NCBI GenBank assembly: GCA_963668025.2
Contig: CAXXTH010000010.1
Coordinates: 1,344,001-1,408,000 of the forward strand
Length of the DNA stretch: 64,000 bases
Direction of reading: 5' to 3'
DNA from: Candidatus Hydrogenedentota bacterium
GTDB lineage: Bacteria; Hydrogenedentota; Hydrogenedentia; Hydrogenedentales; SLHB01
Shown here: in pieces, positions 1-10,257 of the stretch
How positions within the stretch are numbered: the first letter of the stretch is position 1
How the letters are laid out: the number at the start of each line of letters is the position of its first letter
Notes under the pieces: generated by a model
What the model saw: the letters and a program-made list of their open reading frames with translations, nothing else
Databases searched by the model: none
What the model was told of the DNA's origin: nothing
Position numbers and translations under genes: made by a program

Positions 1-1
1 G

Positions 2-349
2 CAGGACGCAGGTGTCATCACTATCGAGTCCGATGAGCCGGTATCGTTAAGTGACGCAGTTTCAACCGCGTCCAATGTAAGCGTCCGCATTTTAGCGCAA
101 GAGGATCCGAAAAAAGCGAGTATTGCGCTCGATATTAAGCCGGATGCGCAACGCGGGCCAATTCGAGGGGAAGTTACTTTTTCGGTGCATGGCCCGGACA
201 AGGCCGTGCCGGACTTTTTGGTGCTTCAAGGATATGTAGGCGCGGTGGGAGCTATGCCCGTACCGGCGCAGCCCGCACCGGCGCTTACGCCAAAAGAAGA
301 TGCGCCTGAGGCGAATGTACCAGGAACAGCAGGCGAATTTCGGAGTTAG
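2..349 (+). CDS. Partial CDS (3' end), hypothetical protein with beta-rich domain and Pro/Ala-rich tail
   Basis: Frame open from the window edge (QDAGVITIESDEPVSL...GEVTFSVHG...PAQPAPALTP...GEFRS*), TAG at 347-349, 2 bp before the next ATG. Confidence 0.7.
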   Translation, partial: QDAGVITIESDEPVSLSDAVSTASNVSVRILAQEDPKKASIALDIKPDAQRGPIRGEVTFSVHGPDKAVPDFLVLQGYVGAVGAMPVPAQPAPALTPKEDAPEANVPGTAGEFRS

Positions 350-351
350 AT

Positions 352-1782
352 ATGCACCACGTCAGTGAGTCTCAAATAAGAAAAGACCTTGCCGAGAATG
401 GACAGGACCATTTGCTGGCGTTTTGGGGTGATTTGGATGGCGCTGGCCGGGGGCGGCTGCTCGAACAGATCGCGTCCATCGATTTCGCGTTGATGAACCG
501 CTTGGTCGAGCAGTGGGTCAAGAACGATCCGCCACCGGAATCCTTCAAGGCCATCGAGCCTGTTCCCACCATTCCGGTAGTGGAGCCAAACCGTCCCGAC
601 GCCCGCGAAGCTTTGGATGCCGGTGAGGAAGCCTTGCGCGCGGGGCGGGTGGGGCTGCTGCTGGTGGCGGGCGGCCAAGGCACGCGCCTGGGGTTCAATG
701 GCCCCAAAGGGGCCTATCCCATCGGACCGGTGTCCAAGCGTTCGCTGTTCGCGTTTCATGCGGAGAAGATCCACAATTTGCAGCGCCGGTATGGATGCAC
801 CTTGCCGTGGTACATCATGGTGAGCCACGCCAACGCGGAAGAAACCGAGCAGTTTTTCAAAGAACACGCCTATTTCGGGCTTGAGGCGCGCAACATCCGC
901 TTCTTCACGCAGCGCATGGTTCCCTGCGTGGATGAAGCAGGCAAATTCATGCTCGAAGCGCCGGACCGCCTGGCCATGAATCCCAACGGCCATGGCGGCT
1001 CGATCCCCGCATGCGTCGAGAACAGCATCACCGCCGACTGCCGCGAGCGGGGCGTGGACACGTTGAGTTATTTCCAAGTCGATAACTGGGCAGTTAAAGT
1101 GGTGGACCCCTATTTCGTGGGCTACCACGTTTCCCGCAACGGGGAGATGTCCTCGAAGAACCACCGCAAGACGCAGGTGCGCGAGGCGGTGGGCGTCCAT
1201 TGCCTGTGCGACGGCGAATACCGCGTCATCGAATACACGGCCCTCGACATTTATCCGCAACTGCTGGAGACGCTTCCAGATGGCTCGCCGAAATATTACG
1301 CAGGCAATCCCGCAATCCATATTCTGGACGTGGGCTTCATCGAGCGCGTGTGCGCCGACTACGACAAGTTCCCCTGGTGGCGCGCCTTCAAGAAGATCCC
1401 CTATCTAGACGCCAGAGGAAATCTGGTGAAACCGGAGAAACCGAACGGCTATAAATTCGAGACCTTTGTGTTTGACGCCTTGCGTTTCATCAAGCACGTG
1501 CCTATCGCCTTGCTGATCAACCGCGAAGGCGAATACACCCCCATCAAGCAGTTCGATGGGGACAACAGCGTGAAAGAGGCCTGGCGCTCGAATGGCCGAT
1601 ACTGGGCCAAATGGCTTGATGCGGCGGGCTATCCGATCCCGCGCGATGAGCACGGCGAACCGGCGATCCCTATCGAGATCAGCCCGCGGTTCGCCTGGAG
1701 CCAAGAGGAATTTTTGGCTAAAGCGCCTAAAGCGCCAGCGTCCAGCGCTGGCCATATCGCCATCGGGCCGGACGGTGAGTAG
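352..1782 (+). CDS. UDP-N-acetylglucosamine/UDP-sugar pyrophosphorylase, eukaryote-like UAP (UDPGP type 1) family
   Basis: LVAGGQGTRLGFNGPKG, PNGHGG, QVDN and KFETFVFDA motifs. Confidence 0.9.
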   Translation: MHHVSESQIRKDLAENGQDHLLAFWGDLDGAGRGRLLEQIASIDFALMNRLVEQWVKNDPPPESFKAIEPVPTIPVVEPNRPDAREALDAGEEALRAGRVGLLLVAGGQGTRLGFNGPKGAYPIGPVSKRSLFAFHAEKIHNLQRRYGCTLPWYIMVSHANAEETEQFFKEHAYFGLEARNIRFFTQRMVPCVDEAGKFMLEAPDRLAMNPNGHGGSIPACVENSITADCRERGVDTLSYFQVDNWAVKVVDPYFVGYHVSRNGEMSSKNHRKTQVREAVGVHCLCDGEYRVIEYTALDIYPQLLETLPDGSPKYYAGNPAIHILDVGFIERVCADYDKFPWWRAFKKIPYLDARGNLVKPEKPNGYKFETFVFDALRFIKHVPIALLINREGEYTPIKQFDGDNSVKEAWRSNGRYWAKWLDAAGYPIPRDEHGEPAIPIEISPRFAWSQEEFLAKAPKAPASSAGHIAIGPDGE

Positions 1783-1789
1783 CAAGTTC

Positions 1790-1839
1790 CGTAGCATGGG
1801 CGTCCCGCCCATGCGCATGGCCGGGACGGCCATGCTACG
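1790..1839. repeat. GTAG-type REP doublet (inverted pair) between convergent genes
   Basis: cgtagcatgggcgtcccgcccatgc followed by gcatggccgggacggccatgctacg; each half is a hairpin. A single copy recurs at 5336-5361. Confidence 0.8.
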
Positions 1840-1869
1840 AGATAGATATAACGTTAGGATAGTATACCG

Positions 1870-2784
1870 CTAAACCAAGATATTAAGCGCGCGCGGGAGT
1901 ATTTCGAACGTGGCGGGCAAGCATCCAGGCTGCTCGCCGTCCAGGTTGAGCAGTACGGTTTCGTCCGAACGCGCCATGATGCGTTTGGCCAGGAAGTATT
2001 GCACCTTGTCCATCCGTTTCAACAGGTGGCCCCGGTATATCTTGGGCAGGTTCAGCATGGCATCCTTCCGTCCGATATCGCCGATGACGTAGACCTCGAA
2101 TTCACCGCTATCCAGCCGCGCCTCGGGGGCCACGTGCATGCCCCCTCCGTAATATTGCCCATTAGCGATGATGACGTTGCTCATCCGGCCCTTGATGCTG
2201 TTTCCGTCAATATCCAGCTCGATGTGTTTATTAGTATAGGTGGCCAGCGTTGACACCACGCCATACAGGAAAGATAAAAAGCCGCCGAAGAATTTGGTAG
2301 TCCGGTTCACGCGGTCCACGACGGCTCCGCCCACGCCGAAATCGGCCACGTTGATGAAATAGCGCACGGCCTCACCGCCTTCGCGCAGGCCATGAGTCAC
2401 CACGCCCACATCAATAGGCATGGGCTGGGCGTGCGCCAGCCGTTCAAGGCCGTGAAGGCCGCGGGGCAGGTGAAGCGTCCGGCCAAAGTCCGCGCCCGTG
2501 CCATACGACAAGATGGCCAAGCTGGCGCTGGGGTTGATGGCCTGCTTGCCCGCGAAGAAGCCGTTCGCGGCCTCGTTGTGGGTGCCATCGCCGCCGACGC
2601 TTATGATGCGCTGGCACCCATTGCGCAGCGCTTCGCGCACCAGCTCGGTGGCGTGATTGGGCCGTTCCGTGCGCAGCAGATCATATTCGCCGAGTATGCC
2701 GCGTAATTCGTCTGACAACTCCGCCACATGCCGCGCCACGCGCCCATTCGCCGCCGCAGGATTTATAAGCACCGCTGTTTTCAT
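1870..2784 (-). CDS. Diacylglycerol kinase family lipid kinase (YegS/BmrU-like)
   Basis: INPAA, GGDGT, GTGADF, NGQYYGGGM and DGE motifs. Confidence 0.9.
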   Translation of the reverse strand: MKTAVLINPAAANGRVARHVAELSDELRGILGEYDLLRTERPNHATELVREALRNGCQRIISVGGDGTHNEAANGFFAGKQAINPSASLAILSYGTGADFGRTLHLPRGLHGLERLAHAQPMPIDVGVVTHGLREGGEAVRYFINVADFGVGGAVVDRVNRTTKFFGGFLSFLYGVVSTLATYTNKHIELDIDGNSIKGRMSNVIIANGQYYGGGMHVAPEARLDSGEFEVYVIGDIGRKDAMLNLPKIYRGHLLKRMDKVQYFLAKRIMARSDETVLLNLDGEQPGCLPATFEILPRALNILV

Positions 2785-2800
2785 GTTTGCATTTCGCTCT

Positions 2801-3210
2801 TTTCAACACAAAGGCACTAAGACACAAGGAATTAACCATGTTCTTTTGATTACTATTTATAATGTATGTAATAGTTTAATATAATATAAAGCATAGGCAA
2901 GTCTTAGAGCATAACTACATGGTGGACCTTTGGTGTTGGGAGGCTTTTTTAGACATGATTTACATGATGAACAAGATTTTCTATGATAGTTTTATCGCAC
3001 TGAAAGACGGGCTCCAACAATCCATGCATTTGCTTTCATATCCAAAAATCGCCTTTGCATGCCTGTTCAATCTTGTTCATCTTGTAAATCATGTCTAGAA
3101 AGAGACTCTTGCCTTAATCCGCCAGAGTGTTTCATGGTCTTATAGATTTATTTCCATCGACTGAGGTATTTCTGCGGACCTCCTTGTGCCTTCGTGTCTT
3201 TGTGGTGAAA
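2801..3210. repeat. Nested inverted repeats made of 9-bp-periodic triplets (MITE-like)
   Basis: Outer arms 2801-2830/3181-3210 match at 26/30 as inverted repeats; inner arms 2950-2978/3069-3097 match at 28/29; AT-rich interior. Confidence 0.85.
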
Positions 3211-3215
3211 GAAAA

Positions 3216-4646
3216 CTACACCCGCACGTCGCTGGCTTGGCCTAGCTTGGACGCATTGCGTTCGAGCACGGGTTTGATATAGCCTTCCACGAATTCCACC
3301 ACTTGCTCCGGCGCGCGGCCGATGAACTCGCGCACGTCCAGGGCGGCGTCGATCTCTTCGCGAGAAATGCCGAAGGCCGGGTCATTCGCAAGGCGTTCGA
3401 GCAAATCGTTGTCGCCGCCTTCTTCCTTGACCTGCGCCGCCGCCTCGTGCGAGTGTGTGCGGATGATCTCATGCAACTCCTGCCGGTCGCCGCCCTTGCG
3501 CACGGCGGCCATGAGGAGATTTTCCGTGGCCATGAACGGAAGCTCCGCCATGAGATGCTTCTCGATTACTTTTGGATACACCGCCGGATTTTCCATGATG
3601 CTCAGGTACAGGTTGAGCACGCCGTCGGCGGCGAGAAACGATTCGGGCAGGCTCAGGCGGCGCAGGGCGGAGTCGTCCAGCGTGCGCTCGAACCATTGCA
3701 CGGCCTGGGTGAATTCGGTGTGGATGGGGGCCGCCATGAGGAAACGCGCCAAGGCGCAAGCCCGTTCGCAGCGCATGGGATTGCGTTTGTACGCCATGGC
3801 CGAACTGCCCACCTGGTTCTTGCCGAAAGGCTCCTCGATCTCCTTGAGGTTTTGCAGGAGGCGCATGTCGGTAGCGAATTTATGGACGCTTTCGCCTAAG
3901 GACGCCAAAACGCGGATGACGTGCGTGTCCACCTTGCGCGGATAGGTCTGCCCGGTGATGGGATACGAGGCCGCGAAGCCCATCTTCTCCGCCACGAGCT
4001 GATCGAGGCGGCGCACTTTCTCATGGTCGCCGTCGAACAGCGCGAGGAACGAGGCTTGCGTGCCCGTCGTGCCCTTGACGCCCCGGCAGCGCAGGCGCGC
4101 GATGGCCTGCTCCATGTCCTCGATATCCATGAGCAGGTCTTGCGCCCATAGGCAGGCCCGTTTGCCCACCGTGACCAATTGGGCGGGCTGGTAGTGCGTG
4201 TAGCCCAAGGTGGCCAGGTCTTTGTACTGCTCCGCGAAGGCCGCCAGCCTGGCGAGGACATTCACCGCCCGGCCCAGCAGCATTTGCAGGCCTTCCCGCA
4301 TGAGGATGAGGTCCGTGTTGTCCGTGACAAAGCAGCTCGTGGCACCCAGATGGATGATGGCCTTGGCCTCGGGGGCCGCGACGCCGAAGGTGTGGATATG
4401 GGCCATCACGTCATGGCGGGTTTCCTCCTCGAAACGCCGGGCCGCCTCGAAGTCGATGTCGTCCAAGTGCGCGCGCATGGCCTCGAGTTGGGCGTCCGTA
4501 ATGGGCAAGCCCAATTCCTGTTCCGCCTCCGCCAAGGCAAGCCAGCAGCGCCGCCATGTCGAGAATTTCTTCTGTGCGCCCCAGAGCTCCGCCATTTCCT
4601 TCGTCGCCACGCGCTCGACCAAGGGGCTTGTGTATACGGTGTGCAT
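3216..4646 (-). CDS. purB: Adenylosuccinate lyase
   Basis: RHDV, HLGATS, THYQPAQ and [11 protein letters not shown] signature; start set at MHTVYTSPL (ATG 4646). Confidence 0.95.
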   Translation of the reverse strand: MHTVYTSPLVERVATKEMAELWGAQKKFSTWRRCWLALAEAEQELGLPITDAQLEAMRAHLDDIDFEAARRFEEETRHDVMAHIHTFGVAAPEAKAIIHLGATSCFVTDNTDLILMREGLQMLLGRAVNVLARLAAFAEQYKDLATLGYTHYQPAQLVTVGKRACLWAQDLLMDIEDMEQAIARLRCRGVKGTTGTQASFLALFDGDHEKVRRLDQLVAEKMGFAASYPITGQTYPRKVDTHVIRVLASLGESVHKFATDMRLLQNLKEIEEPFGKNQVGSSAMAYKRNPMRCERACALARFLMAAPIHTEFTQAVQWFERTLDDSALRRLSLPESFLAADGVLNLYLSIMENPAVYPKVIEKHLMAELPFMATENLLMAAVRKGGDRQELHEIIRTHSHEAAAQVKEEGGDNDLLERLANDPAFGISREEIDAALDVREFIGRAPEQVVEFVEGYIKPVLERNASKLGQASDVRV

Positions 4647-4653
4647 GCGCCTT

Positions 4654-5304
4654 TTACTCCTTATCCAGTCCCTTTGCCGCGAGTGTGAATCCGGTAGCGT
4701 CCGCCATGGCGGCCACGGCGGATACCGCATTTTCGCGCTCCGCGAAGACGCCGCCCGACAGGATGAAGCCGCACGCCTCATCCGCGGTGGAAGCCGTATA
4801 CTCGCCGCTATGGTGCGGGCTGATCAGGTTTTCCTCATAGGTGGCCACATACCAGAACTCACCGGCTTCGAGCGGTATGCGCCGCACGCTCAGTCCATCC
4901 TCGCGCACGATGCCCAGCCAGCCCGAACCGCTGCCGCGCTTATCGGCCACGGCCACGATGCGCGGCGTGTTGAACTGGTCCTTCTCGAAATCCAGAGCGA
5001 GCAGGCACGACGCCATGGCGTCGCGCACGGGCATGCCCATATCGATCTTCTCCGCGATGGGGTCCGTCTGGCTGCCATTGCTCACCACGGCCACGGTGTT
5101 CGCGCAGACGATGCGGACGCAGTTATACGCGATATAGGGATTTTTCTGCACATCCAGTTCGAATCCCGGTTTCGGGATGATGCTGGCCTTGGCCGTAGCG
5201 AGAACGGCCATCCGGTTCGGAAACGAACGGCTCGATACGCGGTACGATGCGCACAAACGGCCATCCGTGGTTAATGCGATGCTCACAATGCGTCCGATAT
5301 ACAT
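4654..5304 (-). CDS. purO: IMP cyclohydrolase, archaeal PurO type
   Basis: MYIGR...[35 protein letters not shown] and ATYE motifs; GGAG RBS; directly upstream of purB. Confidence 0.9.
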   Translation of the reverse strand: MYIGRIVSIALTTDGRLCASYRVSSRSFPNRMAVLATAKASIIPKPGFELDVQKNPYIAYNCVRIVCANTVAVVSNGSQTDPIAEKIDMGMPVRDAMASCLLALDFEKDQFNTPRIVAVADKRGSGSGWLGIVREDGLSVRRIPLEAGEFWYVATYEENLISPHHSGEYTASTADEACGFILSGGVFAERENAVSAVAAMADATGFTLAAKGLDKE

Positions 5305-5335
5305 GTAACTCCCCTTTTTGTTGCATGCCAGAAAT

Positions 5336-5361
5336 CGTAGCATGGGCGTCCTGCCCATGCG
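5336..5361 (+). repeat. Single GTAG-type REP
   Basis: cgtagcatgggcgtcctgcccatgcg, one mismatch from the left half of the doublet at 1790. Confidence 0.8.
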
Positions 5362-5516
5362 AAAAGTGTTTATTTCAGTTTTACAGTGAAAATGTTTGTT
5401 ATGGTGTGTGGGTGATTATACTGATTAGCGATGTCTCGTGCCATATAAGGATCCAAGTTCAGGATTTGATGACCATTGATAAGCTTATACTCGTTTCCGT
5501 TGTCAATGACAAAAAA

Positions 5517-7244
5517 TCATATCTTCTGAGACTCTCTGGTTTCTATATGTTTTACTGCATCTTCAAAGGATTTAAGATCACCGTTACAAAAACCTGCCTG
5601 AAGAAAATCACTATTTTCCTTCTTTTCCTGAATATTTCGTACAAAGCATCTCCAAAATGAATTTGGATGATCCATAAACCTTGTATAATCACCAGGATGA
5701 TCTAAGTTATCATCATGACACAGAAACGTTAAGAGTATTTCAAACAAGTCAAATGCTGATGAATACACATCAGCATCCAGAAGAATCTCATGGAACATAG
5801 GATATAATACTTCATGCAAATATGAAGACACTGGAAATGTGGATAAATATCTATTATTATGTCCAGGTATTAAAGATATTATATATGATAAATTCTTAGT
5901 ACTATCACATATTTTATTAGGAAATCTATCATGCACATCGTTTTGATTTGTTGTTAAGGCTGTAAAGAGTGATTTCACCGCCGCAAGATTGTTTCTAGCT
6001 GTGTAGGCAATCCCTGCCGCGTACAACAGAAGCTGGGCAGGATGCATCTTGATACTTGTCATGCTGGAAAAATTACTGCTATATAAAGAAGCATTAGACA
6101 TAACCGTAATAGCATGAGACCACGTAGGCATGTATACTTGCTCTATATCCCAGTAGCAGCCGGTGGCTTGAATGTAAACGGCAGTTTCTGTAAGCGAACT
6201 CAAATCCATAACAAGCTTCACATAGTCTCTGTCGCACAGTTGTCGGTGGATTGCATACTTCTCATCTGTAATTGCTTCAATTATCCTATTGATCTCTCCC
6301 ATAAGCAAATCATGGAGAGGTATGTGGTATTTGGGTTCGGAAAGGTAGTGTTTGGTTTGGCTGACGGCCATTTTTATCGACAAAGGATGTGGCCTGTTAA
6401 ATTGCTCTAGTGCGAGTATTTTACCAGCAATATCTTTGAAAAATTCATCCGCGCCCTGTATATGGATCATCTCCGCCTGACATAGCTCAATAAGTGTTTT
6501 TGCCTTTTCTGAAGGTTGGTCTTTACATGTCCACCAAGTGCTGTATCTTCTATTCTTGCGTCTCTCGATGGCATTCCGCAGCGCTTCATCCCAATCGCCA
6601 GACCATCCACAGATAATCAATCCATATTCGTCAAATATGCGGTCGAGTAGACTATTGATTCGTTCGTCATAGACACTCAATTCCGCCGGAGTGTTCTTAG
6701 TCTGAAGATCCAAATAGTCTCCATGTAGTTTGATGAGTGTGCAAGGACTATGCACCAAGGGCGGCGCACCTTCGATTCCGTCTGGAGTGCTGATCACGAT
6801 GGGTGATACACCCTCTGACTCAAGTGCGCGTTCCATAAGCCGGTCGAAATTGGTTGTCAGGATAACGCGTACCACTTGGCTCTTGGCAAGTTGTGCGATA
6901 GCCTTGTGGGCGGGAGTGGGCTGCTTCTCGCCTCTTTCTCTCTCCTCGTCGTTTGGTTCGAAATATTTCTTGAGGAGACTGCTTCGCTCTGCTCGGCTAT
7001 TCCCTACTCTCTCCAGTAGTTGTCCATATGTCGGCTCTTGGCCGAATTTTGCTTTGAACCATGCAGCCGGATCTGATTCACAGTCTTTACCGGTGACGCA
7101 TGCTAGTTTCCTAATGATATCCTCGATTACGGCCCAGCCAGTCGGGATATTGGCGGAGCTTGATATGCCTGAGCCCAAGAGCAAGGCATACACCCCTGGA
7201 TTTGCATGCATGGTCATTGCTAAGGACACTCGGGGATCGAGCAT
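5517..7244 (-). CDS. SIR2-like (SIR2_2) domain protein with AT-rich C-terminal region; candidate defence NADase
   Basis: LLLGSGIS, TTNFD, IKLHGD and IICGWSG motifs; C-terminal half unrecognised and visibly AT-richer. Confidence 0.85.
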   Translation of the reverse strand: MLDPRVSLAMTMHANPGVYALLLGSGISSSANIPTGWAVIEDIIRKLACVTGKDCESDPAAWFKAKFGQEPTYGQLLERVGNSRAERSSLLKKYFEPNDEERERGEKQPTPAHKAIAQLAKSQVVRVILTTNFDRLMERALESEGVSPIVISTPDGIEGAPPLVHSPCTLIKLHGDYLDLQTKNTPAELSVYDERINSLLDRIFDEYGLIICGWSGDWDEALRNAIERRKNRRYSTWWTCKDQPSEKAKTLIELCQAEMIHIQGADEFFKDIAGKILALEQFNRPHPLSIKMAVSQTKHYLSEPKYHIPLHDLLMGEINRIIEAITDEKYAIHRQLCDRDYVKLVMDLSSLTETAVYIQATGCYWDIEQVYMPTWSHAITVMSNASLYSSNFSSMTSIKMHPAQLLLYAAGIAYTARNNLAAVKSLFTALTTNQNDVHDRFPNKICDSTKNLSYIISLIPGHNNRYLSTFPVSSYLHEVLYPMFHEILLDADVYSSAFDLFEILLTFLCHDDNLDHPGDYTRFMDHPNSFWRCFVRNIQEKKENSDFLQAGFCNGDLKSFEDAVKHIETRESQKI

Positions 7245-7440
7245 GTCAAACTCCCTTACTGTTCGAATTTTTAGGTTTGCACTATTCTAACTAAAACAGC
7301 TTTAGAGGCCAAATTGTGTATATCAAGGTTTATATGCAATAACTTCGATAAAGAAAATGCTATACTTGGTGTAGGCACGGCTACAAATATCCTGACAATG
7401 AATACCTTGTATAAATGCATTGCCAATAGAGGAGATTCCT

Positions 7441-8544
7441 GTGTTTAAGAAAGCTGTTTTTCCTGGAAAATATATCCAAGGCGCTGGCGCTATCCGCGAA
7501 TTGCCGGTCCTGATTGAGTTGTTGGGCAAACAAGGGCTGATATTGGCTTCGCCTTCGGTGAAGGAAAAGGTGCTTCCCGCATGCGGCATCGATTGGAGTG
7601 CGCGGGGCATCCATATCGAAGCATTCCGTGGGGAGTGTTGCGAGAATGAGTTGGCCCGCGTATCCGCCATCATCACGCAAAAGCATGTGGATGTGCTTGT
7701 CGGCATGGGGGGAGGAAAGACCATCGACACGGCGAAAATCGCCGCCGACCGGCTCCACATTCCCGTGATTATCATCCCTACCATTGCTTCCACCGACGCG
7801 CCGTGCAGCGGGTGTGCGGTGCTGTACTCCGAGGGCGGCGTCTTCGAGTCCGTCTACTATCAGAAGACGAATCCGGCGGCGGTGCTGGTGGATGTGGGGA
7901 TCATCGCAGCCGCGCCAGCACGTTTTCTAGTGTCCGGGATGGGCGACGCGCTGGCGACATGGTTCGAGGCCCGGTCCTGCGAATGCACCCAGTCGGTGAA
8001 CGAGTGCGGCGGATACGGCACCACGGTGGGGCTCCACATCGCCAAGCTTTGCTATGAGACCGTGCTGGCCTACGGCTCCGCTGCAAAACTCGCCAGTGAG
8101 AAGCATATCGTCACACCGGCATTGGAGCATATTGTCGAAGCGAATATCCTGTTGAGCGGGATCGGGTTCGAGAGCGCCGGATTGGCGGCGGCCCATGCCA
8201 TCCACAATGGCCTCACCGCATTATCCGAAACTCATTCTTTCTACCATGGCGAAAAAGTCGCTTTTGGCGTTCTAGCGGGGCTTCAACTGACCGATGCGCC
8301 GCCGAGCGAATCGGAGGCGGTCTTTTCATTCTGTGAGGACGTTGGCTTGCCGACGACGCTCGCGGATATTGGAATGAAAGACGCTAACCGGGAAACGCTG
8401 ATGAGGGCCGCTGAAAAAGCCTGCGAACCTGGGCAGTCCATCCATCACGAAGCGGGCCTGATCACTCCCGAGCAAGTCCTCAGCGCCATGCTCGTGGCGG
8501 ACGCCATGGGCCACATGAGAAAAGGCGGCAAAAACAACTGCTGA
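7441..8544 (+). CDS. gldA: Glycerol dehydrogenase
   Basis: FPGKYIQG, GGGKTIDTAK, PTIASTDAPCS, GLAAAHAIHNG and HGEKVAFG; GTG start after a GGAG RBS. Confidence 0.92.
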   Translation: MFKKAVFPGKYIQGAGAIRELPVLIELLGKQGLILASPSVKEKVLPACGIDWSARGIHIEAFRGECCENELARVSAIITQKHVDVLVGMGGGKTIDTAKIAADRLHIPVIIIPTIASTDAPCSGCAVLYSEGGVFESVYYQKTNPAAVLVDVGIIAAAPARFLVSGMGDALATWFEARSCECTQSVNECGGYGTTVGLHIAKLCYETVLAYGSAAKLASEKHIVTPALEHIVEANILLSGIGFESAGLAAAHAIHNGLTALSETHSFYHGEKVAFGVLAGLQLTDAPPSESEAVFSFCEDVGLPTTLADIGMKDANRETLMRAAEKACEPGQSIHHEAGLITPEQVLSAMLVADAMGHMRKGGKNNC

Positions 8545-10257
8545 GCGTGAGAGCTTAGCAATTCCTTTAAAAACAGCTAATATGGATTCCAGGCGGTCTA
8601 TTTCGAGGCCGTAGCGGGTGTTTTCATCAGCGCCAGTCCAAAAAGGTAGACCGGATGATGGCCTTCATGGTTGCGGAATTCTACGACGATCTTTGAGTGG
8701 CCTTGCGTCAATTCGGCTGGGAGCGGCCAGGCGTATTCCTGGAAAATGTGTTCCGGGCCGCCATTGATGGTAGCGAGCATTTGGCCTTCAATCCACACAT
8801 CCGTTCTTTGTTCGGGTGTGGGCCACATCGCGGGCCAGATGGTGGCTAGCACGGTTAGCGTGTCCGTCGCGCCGTTTGTCTGTAATTCACAGGAGAGCGT
8901 TTTTTGGGCTTGGCGAAAAGGGCGTCCGGCGAAAAAATTAGGCATGATCCAGCGCCCCTCGGCCTCTAGCTTTTTCACCACATCAGTATAATCATCGTTC
9001 GCGTGGCCATATAGTAATGGCTCTACCATATGCATCGCATGCGCTTTTTCCGAGGCCTCGTCTCCCACGATTACCCGGTCGATGACCTGAGCTTCGCGTT
9101 CGTGCTGGGACTGGATGGTTTTCTGGATGGCGCTATATTCCGGTCCTTTGGGATCTACTACGAGCCAATACACGGCGAAGGTGTCGTCAACAAGTTGGTA
9201 GAGCGGCCGGAAAGTCACATCACGATTAAGGCCAACCGTGTGGAAAGCCAGCGATTTGGTTTTGACGGGCCTGAGCCAATCGTCTAGTTTCTGGGCATCC
9301 GCTAGCAGGCGCCAGTCATTCAGGGAAATGCCTGCGGGAGTGATCGGCGCATCCTGGCGTTTATTTGATGCAAGACCGATAGCATCGGGCGGCGTTAGGC
9401 CTGCCAAGACCATCGGGCCATAGAGAAAGGCAGTTGCCTTGGGATTATCGGGAAGGCTCATCGTGTGTAACTGCATCGGCAAGGCCAGTTCTACTTCGTC
9501 GCCATCTTTCCATGTGCGATCCATGGCGGCCCAAGCGCCGGGCTGGTTTTGAGCCTCTACTGATTTACCGTTGATACGCAGGCTTGGCGATACGGCCAGC
9601 CAGCCCGGCAGGCGCAGCCGAAGGATGAAATGAGTTGGCTCTTGCATGTGCAGCTTGATTCGGGTTTTCTCTTCCTCGGGGAATCGAGTACGCTGTTCCA
9701 GCCGTACTTTTTTATCTTGCCAGTTTAGTTCCGAGCCGATGAATAGATTGACATAAAGCCCGTCTGCATCGTGGAAGTAGATGCTGTCTCCCAGCTTGGC
9801 GAATGATTCCTGGCCGGTGCCCATGCAGCAAGAGAAAGTGTCTTCAGGCGTGCCATAGATTTTGGGGCAGCCAGGCCCCATGGGCATGAAGTAGGTTTTG
9901 CAGCCATTGGCTGGATTTTGAATCGAGAGCACGCCGTTGATCAGCGCCCGTTCGTAGAAATCGCCCATGCGGGCATCGCCGGTCCAGGCAAGCTGGTGGC
10001 GCGCCACCTTGAGAATGTTGTAGGTCGTACAGGATTCTTCGGTCGTGCGTTCAAGCGTCTCTTGCAGGCGGTTGGGCTCAAACCAGTTTTCGGAACGGCT
10101 GCTGCCGCCGGTCGCATACGAACGGGTGTTGACAATCTGGCCCCAGAAGAATTCCGTGATTCGGCGATACCGTTCATCGCCCGCCAGTTCATAATGGCGC
10201 GCGGCCCCAACGATTAATGGGATATGGGTATTGGCGTGGATATTGGAAAGATTATCG

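Noticed and set aside
346-1320. Long antisense ORFs (also 4210-5274, 56271-57359, 31643-32509, 40027-40908)
   Set aside because: They lie opposite or within confidently identified genes, as expected in GC-rich coding DNA.
2801-3210. CRISPR array or integron attC sites
   Set aside because: The repeats are inverted pairs, not regularly spaced direct repeats. No attC core pattern, cas gene or integrase was seen.
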